From positions 45,820 through 109,819 of IMG/VR virus record IMGVR_UViG_3300026484_000095: a stretch of DNA of 64,000 nucleotides. The stretch is one strand, 5' to 3'. Of the stretch, positions 19,728 through 29,291 are shown piece by piece (positions within the stretch are counted from its first letter, which is position 1; the number at the start of each line of letters is the position of its first letter). Below the pieces are notes generated by a model. It searched no databases. It saw nothing but the letters and a program-made list of their open reading frames with translations, and was not told where the DNA came from. Source of the DNA: a virus. Made by a program: the position numbers and the translations under genes.

Positions 19728-20633
19728 ATGCGACAAACAATAAAAAGAAAAGTAGAACCAAAGTTATATGTATCTTATAGCTCTTTTAAAACTTTTAAGA
19801 ACTGTCCTGAGATGTATAATCAGCTTTTTATATTACCGAGAGAAGATACAGAGGATAAAGTTCCTTTCGACTCTTATGATGCAAGTGTAGGGACTGCCAT
19901 ACAGGCTATATTTGAGCATATAATCAATAAGAACATTGAATACACTGATACAGATAAGTTTCATAAGAAGATACAAGATGATATATTCACTCTATCAGAT
20001 ATGCTTATCCCTATTGATAGATATTCTTTTGAGAACTCAAAGGTTTATGTTGATGATAATCATATAGTTACAAAGTTTAGTAAATTTGCAGTAGATACCT
20101 CTGAGAAGTCTTTAAAAGCTGTAAGGCAAAGATTTATATTAGATGTGCTTAAAATGTATCACAAACCTCTTAAAAAGATGTCTAGCTTATATGATTTATC
20201 TAAAATGAGTTCAGAAATTAAAATGAAAAAAGAGTATAAAGATTTTACCCTTATAGGTACATTAGATTTCGTTTACTTCAATGAAAAAGGCTCTATTGAT
20301 ATAATAGATGGTAAAAAGCAGTATAACCCTGCTTGGATAGATGATGAGCAATTAAGAATATATACTTTGTTAGCTAAACATCATTATAAATTAAAGGTTA
20401 GAAAGACTGGCTTTTGGGATTGGAGTTCAAACAAATTGATAAACAGACCTTTTACAGAAAAAGAATTATTAAACACTTTAGAATCTCTTTTAGACTTTAA
20501 AGTTAAATTAGATAAAGCTAAGGTTACCAATAAATTTCGCAGAAAAGTGGGCTTCCATTGTAGATGGTGTCCTATTCAAGAGCAATGTCCTAATAACAAG
20601 AAAGAGACTGTTGATGGTCTTGTATCTTTTTAA
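19728..20633 (+). CDS. PD-(D/E)xK RecB/Cas4-like exonuclease
   Basis: SYSSFKTFKNCP, GTLD, IIDGK, QLRIY, CRWCPIQEQC. Confidence 0.8.
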   Translation: MRQTIKRKVEPKLYVSYSSFKTFKNCPEMYNQLFILPREDTEDKVPFDSYDASVGTAIQAIFEHIINKNIEYTDTDKFHKKIQDDIFTLSDMLIPIDRYSFENSKVYVDDNHIVTKFSKFAVDTSEKSLKAVRQRFILDVLKMYHKPLKKMSSLYDLSKMSSEIKMKKEYKDFTLIGTLDFVYFNEKGSIDIIDGKKQYNPAWIDDEQLRIYTLLAKHHYKLKVRKTGFWDWSSNKLINRPFTEKELLNTLESLLDFKVKLDKAKVTNKFRRKVGFHCRWCPIQEQCPNNKKETVDGLVSF

Positions 20634-20885
20634 ATGGATTTAATTATGACTATTAGATATGAGGGAAGTCTGAGATACACTCTGTGCTTCCTATCAGGAT
20701 TAGAGGTAGAAGTATCTGAGCAAGACTTGGATGATTTTAGAGATGATATAATCAGTAATGAGATAGAGAATTATGCTTCTTTACTAGATTTATATGAGGA
20801 TACGAAAATTAAGTTAGCCAAAGTTAGAAAGGCTAATAGGAGACTTCGTAGATTATGTAAGTCTAAAAAGAAGAAAGGAAGTTAA
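20634..20885 (+). CDS. Hypothetical protein
   Basis: ORF in operon. Confidence 0.5.
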   Translation: MDLIMTIRYEGSLRYTLCFLSGLEVEVSEQDLDDFRDDIISNEIENYASLLDLYEDTKIKLAKVRKANRRLRRLCKSKKKKGS

Positions 20886-20886
20886 T

Positions 20887-21192
20887 ATGCCACCTATTAG
20901 AAAAAAAGTCAAGAGAAAAGCACCCTCTAGTCAAGCTACAAAAGATGTAAAAATTGATGAAGAAGATATAATCTCAAAACTGGAAAAGCTCTCCAAAAAG
21001 AAAGACTCTCTCGTTAAAGAGATTTCTAAGATGGAAGTAGAGTATGAGAACCTACAAGCTGAGTATGACGAGATTGGTGCTGTGATGGAAGAGAAGTTCG
21101 GAACAACTGATTTAGACAAGCTCCAAAAGATTAAAGAGAAAATGCTAAGGGACGCTGATAAACTTTTAAAGGAGGTAGAAGATGAAAGCTAA
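20887..21192 (+). CDS. Hypothetical coiled-coil protein with basic N-terminus
   Basis: MPPIRKKVKRK; heptad pattern. Confidence 0.6.
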   Translation: MPPIRKKVKRKAPSSQATKDVKIDEEDIISKLEKLSKKKDSLVKEISKMEVEYENLQAEYDEIGAVMEEKFGTTDLDKLQKIKEKMLRDADKLLKEVEDES

Positions 21193-21325
21193 GGAACTAA
21201 TCCAAGCATTACAAGAGCTAGATGAAGATACTGAAATTGAAGTAATGGTTGATGGCGAAATAGTAGGAATAGTGGTCGGTTGTTTAGATGACCCTGATGG
21301 ACCTTATATTGAAGTAGGAGAGTAG
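21182..21325 (+). CDS. Small acidic protein (47 aa, not in the ORF track)
   Basis: AGGAGG RBS; MKAKELIQALQELDEDTEIEV... Confidence 0.6.
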   Translation: MKAKELIQALQELDEDTEIEVMVDGEIVGIVVGCLDDPDGPYIEVGE

Positions 21326-21329
21326 TTTT

Positions 21330-21485
21330 ATGGCAAAATATCTAAAAGAACACGGAGAAAGAGTGTCTTTTCAAGGTGACGAAGTAAGAGTTGATACTAA
21401 GGGTCGTCTATACATCTTTGTAGATGGTAAAAAGACTTATGTTAAAAAAGTAAATGGAATTATACATTTTAAAGGAGAGTCATAA
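21330..21485 (+). CDS. Small protein (51 aa, not in the ORF track)
   Basis: MAKYLKEHGERVSF...; stop overlaps the next ATG. Confidence 0.55.
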   Translation: MAKYLKEHGERVSFQGDEVRVDTKGRLYIFVDGKKTYVKKVNGIIHFKGES

Positions 21486-22696
21486 TGGCAAACAATGAAC
21501 CAAGAAGAAGAAAAAGAAGAGTACCTAAATCAAGTGCTACAAAAACAAGTCAAGCAGGAACAGATTTAAGAGAAACACCTGCTAATGTAAATACAGATGG
21601 TGCAGAAGCAACTCATACAGTTTCAGTTAATAAAGATTATGGAGATAGTGCGATATTCACTCTTTCTAAAAATCAGTTAGCTCAAATTGTAAAAGCAATG
21701 AAACCTGTTGTAAGAGAAGATAAGTTCAGATTTGAGATTGGAACTGATGGTGATATTACTGTTTCAGTAGATGAGCAAGGCTTTATCTTATGTATCAAAT
21801 TGGGAACAACTGATGTTCAGGCTGATAAACCTTTCGTGTTCTATATGGATAAGTCAGTTCTCAGTCGTATCACTTCTGTTGTTGCAGATGAGATTAAATT
21901 CAATATGACAAAAGAGACTATGTCTATTGAGGTTGGTGGAACTGATATTAATCTAGGTCTATCTATTGAAGATGTAGAACCTGATATTTCATATTCAGCA
22001 GGTGTAACGGAAACAAAGTCAAGTGAGTGGTTACTGGATATTTTAAATAGAATATCTGTATCAAAAACAGCAAATGCACCATTAGCAAGTGTAATGTATT
22101 TTGGTGAAAACATCAAATACGGTTCTAAGAAAAATACATCTCTTATTAAAGATGGTCTATCTAAGACTAAAGCAGGGCTAGTACCTGAGTTCGTGCTGTA
22201 TCTGAAAAATATTGCTTCACTAGGCGATAATGTAGATTTCATTCTTGATGAAAAAGGTGGCAACTTTGTAGTTAAAGCTGATAATGTTTTCTATAAGACA
22301 AAACTGGTTAAAAACAAATTCCCCGTAGATATTAAGAAAGACCTCATTGATAATATGGAAGTTGAAGCAAACGGGGAGTTCAGCTCAAGTCCAATCCTTA
22401 TAAGTTTAGATAAACTGTCAATCCCTCTTATCGGTGCAGATAATGCCGAGTTAAATATGACTTTTAGTGAAGATGACCAAGAGGTTGAAGTCTTTGTTAA
22501 TAGTATAGGAAATCAAGCAAGTAAAGATACTTGGACGGCAGGTGTATTAGAGGGCGATGCAAGTGGTGTCCTTGATTTATACCACCTGATGAGTTCGTTA
22601 AGTGTAATGGACGATGATATTAAAATATCTATGTATAAATCTTTCGTATTGTTAGAGGACTCTAAACAGTATCTTCTGTTAAGTAAATATCTCTAA
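21485..22696 (+). CDS. Putative DnaN-like sliding clamp
   Basis: About 350-aa acidic alpha/beta repeat architecture after a basic leader; C-terminal YLLL; DnaX also in window. Confidence 0.55.
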   Translation: MANNEPRRRKRRVPKSSATKTSQAGTDLRETPANVNTDGAEATHTVSVNKDYGDSAIFTLSKNQLAQIVKAMKPVVREDKFRFEIGTDGDITVSVDEQGFILCIKLGTTDVQADKPFVFYMDKSVLSRITSVVADEIKFNMTKETMSIEVGGTDINLGLSIEDVEPDISYSAGVTETKSSEWLLDILNRISVSKTANAPLASVMYFGENIKYGSKKNTSLIKDGLSKTKAGLVPEFVLYLKNIASLGDNVDFILDEKGGNFVVKADNVFYKTKLVKNKFPVDIKKDLIDNMEVEANGEFSSSPILISLDKLSIPLIGADNAELNMTFSEDDQEVEVFVNSIGNQASKDTWTAGVLEGDASGVLDLYHLMSSLSVMDDDIKISMYKSFVLLEDSKQYLLLSKYL

Positions 22697-22730
22697 CCTC
22701 CTTATAAGAGTGGGATTACCCCTGCTCTTA

Positions 22731-22760
22731 GTTAATAATTTCCCCTACTAAAAGGTATAT
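22731..22760 (+). promoter_or_regulatory. Promoter-like motif GTTAATAA-N16-GTATAT
   Basis: Follows hairpin 22705-22730; fixed spacing shared with other copies. Confidence 0.6.
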
Positions 22761-22788
22761 CTTTTAGATTAGATTAAAAAGGTATATT

Positions 22789-23229
22789 ATGAATAATCCA
22801 ATAATTCCACAAACTGCAAGTGTTAATTCTCCATCTATTGATAATCAAAGAGCTTTATCGTTATCTATGAACCATAGTGTCAATATAGCCAAGGACAATG
22901 ATACAACTGTGGTCTTTGTTTCAAATTTTGATATGCTTAATAGAATAAAAGAGCTAGATGGTGAACTCAACAAATACAGAGGTCAAGTGTTCGGTAAAGA
23001 CTGGGTAAAAGAAAAGCCCTCTAAGTATCAAACAGATGAGCTAACCTTACAATTAAAAGCTTTACAATCTTTTGAAATACCCGTAGTATTGAAAGCTATA
23101 CCAAATCCTGAAAAAGATATTGTTGAAGCTCTTATTGTACCCGAAGATGGCTATAAAATATCTTATTATGAAGACGCCTCTCGTCTTGGTATGGTTTATC
23201 AATTTAAAAGGATAGACAATGCAAGTTAA
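22789..23229 (+). CDS. Hypothetical protein
   Basis: ORF with RBS. Confidence 0.6.
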   Translation: MNNPIIPQTASVNSPSIDNQRALSLSMNHSVNIAKDNDTTVVFVSNFDMLNRIKELDGELNKYRGQVFGKDWVKEKPSKYQTDELTLQLKALQSFEIPVVLKAIPNPEKDIVEALIVPEDGYKISYYEDASRLGMVYQFKRIDNAS

Positions 23230-23452
23230 TATATTAAGAAAGATATTATCTGCTGTTTGTCCTATTATCTTTGTAGATAAGTTAAAAGGGGGATGTTTAA
23301 TACGAAAGAGGTTATTACATAAAGGCTACCAAGTGTCAAAGATTGATTATTTAGATAATGGGAAAACAATAATGGTAACTTGGATAGATGATTGTCCTAA
23401 TTGGGATTCGGTGTTAGAAACTATTAATATAGGAGGTAAATATGAAGTATGA
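23219..23452 (+). CDS. Hypothetical protein
   Basis: Coupled ORF. Confidence 0.5.
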   Translation: MQVNILRKILSAVCPIIFVDKLKGGCLIRKRLLHKGYQVSKIDYLDNGKTIMVTWIDDCPNWDSVLETINIGGKYEV

Positions 23453-24041
23453 TAAAGTGATGATAGAGACTGCTCGTATATGGGCTGAACAAAGTTATTG
23501 TAAAAGACGAAAAGTGGGTGCTGTTGTAGGTAAAGAGGGTCGTATCTTAGCAACTGGTTATAATGGAACTATATCAGGTTTAAAAAATGAGTGCGAAGAT
23601 GTTTTTTACAAGTGTCCAAACTGTGGTAATAGTGCCGATGAAAGACAACATTTAATAGCCAACCCTATTATAGACCATTATAAAATCCCTTTCGGTCAAA
23701 AGGTATCTTTAAATTGTAGTAAATGTAATGAACCTCTAATAGTAGGGCAAGGCAACTATCATTACAGTATTGATGTTATTGAGGATAAAATCGTAAAGGA
23801 ATCTATAACAAATGATTTTACAGTCCACGCAGAGCAGAATGTTATATCTTATTGTGCCAAACAAGGGATACCTCTAAATGGTGCTACAATGTATATAACT
23901 ACAAGTCCTTGTAAGCAATGTGCTAAACTGATAGCTCAAAGTGGTATCACAAGAGTTGCTTATATTGAGAAGTATAAGGACACATCAGGTTTGGATTTTT
24001 TAGGTGAGTTGGGAATAGAGACTAAACAAATAAAGGTTTGA
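23442..24041 (+). CDS. dCMP deaminase with zinc-ribbon insertion
   Basis: SYCKRRKVGA, TGYNG, HAEQN, SPCKQC; inserted CPNC...CSKC. Confidence 0.92.
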   Translation: MKYDKVMIETARIWAEQSYCKRRKVGAVVGKEGRILATGYNGTISGLKNECEDVFYKCPNCGNSADERQHLIANPIIDHYKIPFGQKVSLNCSKCNEPLIVGQGNYHYSIDVIEDKIVKESITNDFTVHAEQNVISYCAKQGIPLNGATMYITTSPCKQCAKLIAQSGITRVAYIEKYKDTSGLDFLGELGIETKQIKV

Positions 24042-24042
24042 T

Positions 24043-24651
24043 ATGAGTTCAGAATATGTTAATAAGCAGTTGGATATGCTCACTGCAAAACAATCGGTAT
24101 TAAAAGATGATATTGTAAGGCTAGAAGATGAGAATAAGTCCTTAACTAATGATATTGTTATATTAGAACAAGTCAATACTTTCTTCTCTTCACAAGTAGA
24201 ACAGAAGATAAGTTCCATTAAGAGTAAAATAGAGACCTTAGTTAATTCAGGGTTGGAGCATATCTTCGGTGATGATATAAAACTGGAAATAACAAGCTCT
24301 ATTAAGTATTCTAAGACTACATTCTCTCTTAGGATAAATAACAATGGTGTTATAGGGTTAGGTAAGACACACGGTGGTGGTGTGTTGTCAGTAGTTGCAT
24401 TTATATTAAAAGTAGTCATAACTCTGCTTACAGATAAAAGAAAGTTTTTAATATTTGATGAGAGCTTATCAATGGTATCAGTTCATTATCAACCCAAAGT
24501 TTCATCATTTATAAGGCAATTATGTGATGATTTAGGCTTTACAATTTTGCTTATATCTCATCAACCTATTTTAGGAGAGAAAGCAAAACATATCTACCAA
24601 GTAGGTAAAAAAGGTTCTTACACTTCCTTAAAGGAAATTAGAAATGATTGA
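24043..24651 (+). CDS. SbcC/Rad50 C-terminal half
   Basis: Coiled coil, signature-like HGGG, Walker B LIFDES, H-loop ISH; no Walker A. Confidence 0.8.
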   Translation: MSSEYVNKQLDMLTAKQSVLKDDIVRLEDENKSLTNDIVILEQVNTFFSSQVEQKISSIKSKIETLVNSGLEHIFGDDIKLEITSSIKYSKTTFSLRINNNGVIGLGKTHGGGVLSVVAFILKVVITLLTDKRKFLIFDESLSMVSVHYQPKVSSFIRQLCDDLGFTILLISHQPILGEKAKHIYQVGKKGSYTSLKEIRND

Positions 24652-24730
24652 GTTCTTATAACCTAATCAAAGGTTATAAGGGAATCAGGTACTTCCTATA
24701 TAATGTATCATAATTAAAGGTTAATAAGAG

Positions 24731-25114
24731 ATGATAGAAGTAATACAACGAAATGACAAAATAGACAAGTTTGATGAGTTAGATATTCTAACAGAATACC
24801 ATAACACTGATTATGGATTTACAATAGAAACCAGAGCTAATCTAATAGATAAAGACTTTACAAAATCTATTGCTATTTTGAACAATGCTGTAACTTTGCT
24901 TATAGATTCAATAGCAAAAGATGACGAGGATTTTCTAAATAAGATTATATACACTTACAATGATAAAGCTATGTTTATGTATATTGATACAAACAAAGAC
25001 AACCCTAAATTGCCAATCTTCTTAGGTAAGAAATACTCTAATATAGGGTTCATCAGGAAATTAGCTGTAAACTTATCAGGTCAGTTTGGGAAATCAATTA
25101 AAGTGTATGTTTAG
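24731..25114 (+). CDS. Hypothetical protein
   Basis: ORF. Confidence 0.55.
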   Translation: MIEVIQRNDKIDKFDELDILTEYHNTDYGFTIETRANLIDKDFTKSIAILNNAVTLLIDSIAKDDEDFLNKIIYTYNDKAMFMYIDTNKDNPKLPIFLGKKYSNIGFIRKLAVNLSGQFGKSIKVYV

Positions 25115-25128
25115 AGGTCATTTAAGCT

Positions 25129-25761
25129 ATGAACATATCATTAATCAAAAAAGCTTATAGACTATCTCAAAAGCATAAAAAAATCGTTAATACCTATCTT
25201 AAATCGAGAGGGTTGAAGAACTCTAAGATTAAGCCAATAGGTTATCTTCCATATTTTGAGATGAACAACTTTAAGATAGTGGATAGTATTCTTATCCCTA
25301 TATTAGATATTGAAGCTAACATAATGGGCTTTGAGACTAGAAGCTTAAAAACAGATGCAAAGGTTAGATATAATAAGGTCTTTACAGATGAAGAGCTTTT
25401 TATACCTCAATATGGGTTAAGAAATCCTAACTTCACAAGTGAGTATGTTATATTAACAGAGGGAGCTTTTGATACAGAGACCCTTATCCAATTAGGTTAT
25501 AATAGTGTAAGTGGTTTAAGAGCTTCAATGCCTAGTGCATTACTTCACTTCTTAGCTGTATTCTTTGATAAAATCATCATAGCATTAGATAATGATAAAT
25601 CGGGTATTAACAATACTAGGAGGATTATTCAGTTTTATAGTCGTTATTACCCTGATTTAGATATAGAAGTTTTGGAGTATAAAGGTAAGGATATTAACCT
25701 TGCAAAGCAGAAGTATATAAAAACATTGAGAAGTAGCTTAAAGAAAATTATCGTAAGTTGA
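25129..25761 (+). CDS. DnaG-like primase catalytic/TOPRIM domain without a zinc-binding domain
   Basis: YLKSRGL, ILIPI, GFETR, TEGAFD, ALDNDKSG, KDIN. Confidence 0.8.
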   Translation: MNISLIKKAYRLSQKHKKIVNTYLKSRGLKNSKIKPIGYLPYFEMNNFKIVDSILIPILDIEANIMGFETRSLKTDAKVRYNKVFTDEELFIPQYGLRNPNFTSEYVILTEGAFDTETLIQLGYNSVSGLRASMPSALLHFLAVFFDKIIIALDNDKSGINNTRRIIQFYSRYYPDLDIEVLEYKGKDINLAKQKYIKTLRSSLKKIIVS

Positions 25762-25786
25762 TAAATGGTTGCACTCATTGGTATAT
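25757..25786 (+). promoter_or_regulatory. Promoter-like motif GTTGATAA-N16-GTATAT
   Basis: Fixed-spacing copy upstream of AGGAG RBS and ATG at 25809. Confidence 0.55.
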
Positions 25787-25808
25787 AAAAATTAAAAGGA
25801 GATATGGT

Positions 25809-26534
25809 ATGAAAGTAACTGCAAATGGAGATGGTTCAGAACTATCTAGTGAAGTGGTAGAAGAGAGTGATGTTCAGCAAACAACTGTTTCTAAATCAAA
25901 CACTGTTAGCTTAATGTTTGGCTTAATTGATGTTAATGTCAATATAGCAAGTGCAAATTATGATGACGGTAAGTTTGAAGCTAAAATCAATGTTAAGGTA
26001 GGTTCAAATCTTCCAAGCTTTGATATAGCATTAGATGACCCTGCTGTTGCACAAGCATTATTTGTAGAGAGTAAAAATGCTGATTTCAATAGAAACGGTA
26101 TTAAGTCTTTTATAGTTGCAGGTATAGAGAACGCATTAAAAAGTGCATTTGATGAAGATAAATTTAACAGAGCTTTGGAATTAGCAGATGAGAAACTAAA
26201 AAGTAAAGTAAATGAGATTTATCAGATAGAAAATCACAACGGTTCTATTAAAGCAAGTTCAGAGGTCGTGGATTTAGTTACAAGTGCAACTGATGTTTCT
26301 GCTGTATCTAGTGAGCAAGAACAGATGGAAGATATATCCACTGACTTAAAGGCACAAGGGTATTCAGAACATTCTATTTTGGAAGATGACGATAATGATG
26401 ACCTCCCTGCAAATTATAAGCCGTTATCAGATGGTACTTCATCTATTGTATTGAGAGATGAGAAAGAAGATGTATCAGATGACGATGAAGAAGATGAGGG
26501 GTCTATCGTATCAGTAGCTAAATTAAAGTATTAA
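25809..26534 (+). CDS. Hypothetical acidic protein
   Basis: Start moved to MKVTANG after the AGGAG RBS. Confidence 0.6.
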   Translation: MKVTANGDGSELSSEVVEESDVQQTTVSKSNTVSLMFGLIDVNVNIASANYDDGKFEAKINVKVGSNLPSFDIALDDPAVAQALFVESKNADFNRNGIKSFIVAGIENALKSAFDEDKFNRALELADEKLKSKVNEIYQIENHNGSIKASSEVVDLVTSATDVSAVSSEQEQMEDISTDLKAQGYSEHSILEDDDNDDLPANYKPLSDGTSSIVLRDEKEDVSDDDEEDEGSIVSVAKLKY

Positions 26535-26536
26535 TT

Positions 26537-27094
26537 ATGATAGTCAATTTAACTAAGATAGTTAGATACAGACCTTTAACAAAGTCAGCTAAGGGTATTG
26601 ATAGATTGAAAGAGTTGGCAGAGTATTACGGATTAGAAGAGGTGGAGTTCAGAAGAGAATTTACTCTCTTCTTAGCTTATTTAGTTCGTAGGCATATACA
26701 AAATGCTGTAAAGACTCAAAAAATAGGTGGAGTTCCTATGAAGTTGAAATATAGACCTCTAAACAAAAAATACAATAAAAGCAAACCTAAAAGCAGTCAG
26801 GATAAATTTTGGGTTAATACTGATTTTCTTATTAAGAATTTGAAAGTATGGCAGTTAAAAAACGGAGATGTATATATTGGTTATAGGTTTAACAATGTTC
26901 ATAAGAACTTTAAAAAAGGTAAAAATGGTCGTAGGGTTAAAGCACGGGATATTATGGTTTGGTTGGAAAAAGGAACAAAGAAAATCCCTCCAAGACCTTT
27001 ATTTAGTGTTATAGTTAGGAACATAGCAAAGAACATATCATTTTACTTAGATATGTTTCATAGAAATATACAGAAAGGAATAATAAAACTATGA
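26537..27094 (+). CDS. Putative neck/tail-completion-like protein
   Basis: LEKGTKKIPPRPLF resembles the ExGTxxxPPRPF motif of phage morphogenesis proteins. Confidence 0.45.
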   Translation: MIVNLTKIVRYRPLTKSAKGIDRLKELAEYYGLEEVEFRREFTLFLAYLVRRHIQNAVKTQKIGGVPMKLKYRPLNKKYNKSKPKSSQDKFWVNTDFLIKNLKVWQLKNGDVYIGYRFNNVHKNFKKGKNGRRVKARDIMVWLEKGTKKIPPRPLFSVIVRNIAKNISFYLDMFHRNIQKGIIKL

Positions 27095-27720
27095 ATAAGT
27101 TTATATGTATAGAGGGCATTGATGGGAGTGGTAAGACTACAATCGTAGATAGTCTAGCTAAACAAGGTTATACAGTAATGAAAGAGTTACCTGATGTCGA
27201 TAGTTTTGATAAAGTAGATGCTAAATCTACTGCATTTCAAATTAGAGCATTGTTATCAAGCACTGATGAGCTTAAAGATAACACAGATATAGCAATGTTT
27301 CAAAGCCTGATGGTCGCTTTATTCACTAAGAATAGAAAAGAATATCAACCCAAGCTGTTAGATATGCTGAAAGAAACTGATGTTATAATGGATAGAGGTA
27401 TCTTATCAACTTTGGTGTATGGTTACAATGAGTTCAACAAAGATGAGAATAGAGCTATCTTTGATGAAAATATGAAAACAAGAACACCTGATAAAGTTAT
27501 ATATCTAGCTATTGATATAGAAACAGCCTTAAATCGTATCGGTGCAAGAGAAGACCAAAGAGAGTTTTATGAGGGTAAAGAGAAGTTAGTTAAACTGCTA
27601 TATATTTACAATCAGTTGATAGAGAAATACAAAGACCTATTGAACATTGTTGTTATAGATGGTACTCAGGATAAAGATACAGTATTAACACAAGTGCAAG
27701 AAGTCTTGAAAACTATATAA
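27091..27720 (+). CDS. tmk: Thymidylate (dNMP) kinase
   Basis: IEGIDGSGKTT, MDRGILSTLVY, PDKVIYL. Confidence 0.9.
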   Translation: MNKFICIEGIDGSGKTTIVDSLAKQGYTVMKELPDVDSFDKVDAKSTAFQIRALLSSTDELKDNTDIAMFQSLMVALFTKNRKEYQPKLLDMLKETDVIMDRGILSTLVYGYNEFNKDENRAIFDENMKTRTPDKVIYLAIDIETALNRIGAREDQREFYEGKEKLVKLLYIYNQLIEKYKDLLNIVVIDGTQDKDTVLTQVQEVLKTI

Positions 27721-27731
27721 AGGTGTAAAGT

Positions 27732-29291
27732 ATGGCAAAAGAGTTAGCAGATATATTTGATATTGAAGCAACTGGTGGTGAATCAGTTGAAGCTAAATTG
27801 TCTAAGAAAAGATTACACACTTTAAGAGATATGGTTATCTATAAAGGTAGCCCACTCTTAAATGAAAAGTCTTTCAAAGAAGCATATAACAAATATAAAA
27901 AGTATCTAAAAACAAGATACACGATTTTATTACAAGAAGATAATGAAATTCTTTCAGGTATAGCAATGGCAGCCGCCTATGATTACTATCGCCAAAGAGA
28001 TTATTTCATTAAGTCGAGAGATACTTATGATATTAAAGATTTAACACATTTCTTAAACACTAATCTAAAAAGAATGTTCGATAGAAAAGGTAAGTATGTA
28101 CTTCAAAATAAAGTAGGTATCAATTTCTTAAACTCTTTTGTCAAAACATACATTACATCAACTAGTGTAGATGGTAGAGAGGGTAAAAATCTAAATAAAA
28201 CAGCAGGTAACTGGAAACAGATGTATAGAAGTGCTTTAAAGTCTATGTATCTAGGTGATGATATGACAGCACAAAATGTTTTCAGCACTATTCGTTTTAG
28301 TGATGGTTCTCAAATCCCATCGAATTTTAGACCATTAGCCGCCGCTTTTATCTTTAATAGATATGGTATCGAACCTAACAAAGATGAAAAAGATATTTAT
28401 ATACATTGTAGTTCAGAGGGATTTCTAGGTAGAACATTGGCTACTTATTATTTGGCTTATAACAACCCTGATAAGAATATCCATTATTATACAATAGACC
28501 CTAATCTACAAGTTATAGATGCCTTCGGTAAATTGGAAAAGTGGCTACGAGAAAATATAGCTGATTTAGATAATTGGAAACCTAAGATATTCAATATAGG
28601 TTCAGAGGTCGAGGAAGCTAATTTCTATAAACTGTATGGTAAGAAGTTCCATTGTAGTTTCACAAGCCCACCATATTTTGATTTAGAGAAGTATGCAGAA
28701 ACTTATATTATCTATTCTGTAATGGACTTAGATAACAAGGGTAAGGTTCTTAACTTTAAAGTGAATGGCAAATTGCTTAAAATGAAATATATTGAAGCAG
28801 TTAAAAAATTCAAGGCTGACCCAAGTATATCTATTGAGCTTGATGGGGAGAGTTTCATTAAGACTGAAAAGCTAAGTGAAGATTTAGAAATAGAAACTTC
28901 TAAGGGTAAATGCAAAGTTAAAGATTTAAAATTGGGAGATGTACTTTCTAAATATAGAGTAGTTAAAATTGGTAATGTAGGTCAATCTCATCAATACAAG
29001 ACTTTCAATAGTTGGAATGAGAACTTCCTATCGCCAACTGTTGTCAATATCCGTAATAGTATGGATAAAGGGAGCTATTTAGTTCTTAATGTTGTTGATA
29101 TTAAAACCCATCAAACATTAGAAGCTGATACAGTTAAAATCGCAGAAAGACACTCGTATATGTTAGAAGATACATTGAAGTTGAAACTAAGTCGAGTGCC
29201 TGGTATCGTTTATTTGAAAGATGGCACTAAAATGCTGTTAAGGGAATTTAAAAAGAATTGGGAACCAATTTTCGTTTTCAAAGCTATTTAA
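27732..29291 (+). CDS. Amino-DNA methyltransferase (SPPY type) with an insertion of about 95 aa
   Basis: NFRP, degenerate SAM motif CSSEGFLGR, IDPN, FTSPPYFDLEKY, EPIFVF. Confidence 0.7.
   Translation: MAKELADIFDIEATGGESVEAKLSKKRLHTLRDMVIYKGSPLLNEKSFKEAYNKYKKYLKTRYTILLQEDNEILSGIAMAAAYDYYRQRDYFIKSRDTYDIKDLTHFLNTNLKRMFDRKGKYVLQNKVGINFLNSFVKTYITSTSVDGREGKNLNKTAGNWKQMYRSALKSMYLGDDMTAQNVFSTIRFSDGSQIPSNFRPLAAAFIFNRYGIEPNKDEKDIYIHCSSEGFLGRTLATYYLAYNNPDKNIHYYTIDPNLQVIDAFGKLEKWLRENIADLDNWKPKIFNIGSEVEEANFYKLYGKKFHCSFTSPPYFDLEKYAETYIIYSVMDLDNKGKVLNFKVNGKLLKMKYIEAVKKFKADPSISIELDGESFIKTEKLSEDLEIETSKGKCKVKDLKLGDVLSKYRVVKIGNVGQSHQYKTFNSWNENFLSPTVVNIRNSMDKGSYLVLNVVDIKTHQTLEADTVKIAERHSYMLEDTLKLKLSRVPGIVYLKDGTKMLLREFKKNWEPIFVFKAI

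Noticed and set aside
19728-20633. Cas4 as part of a CRISPR-Cas system
   Set aside because: No cas1/cas2 or array; stand-alone Cas4-like exonucleases are common in phage recombination modules.
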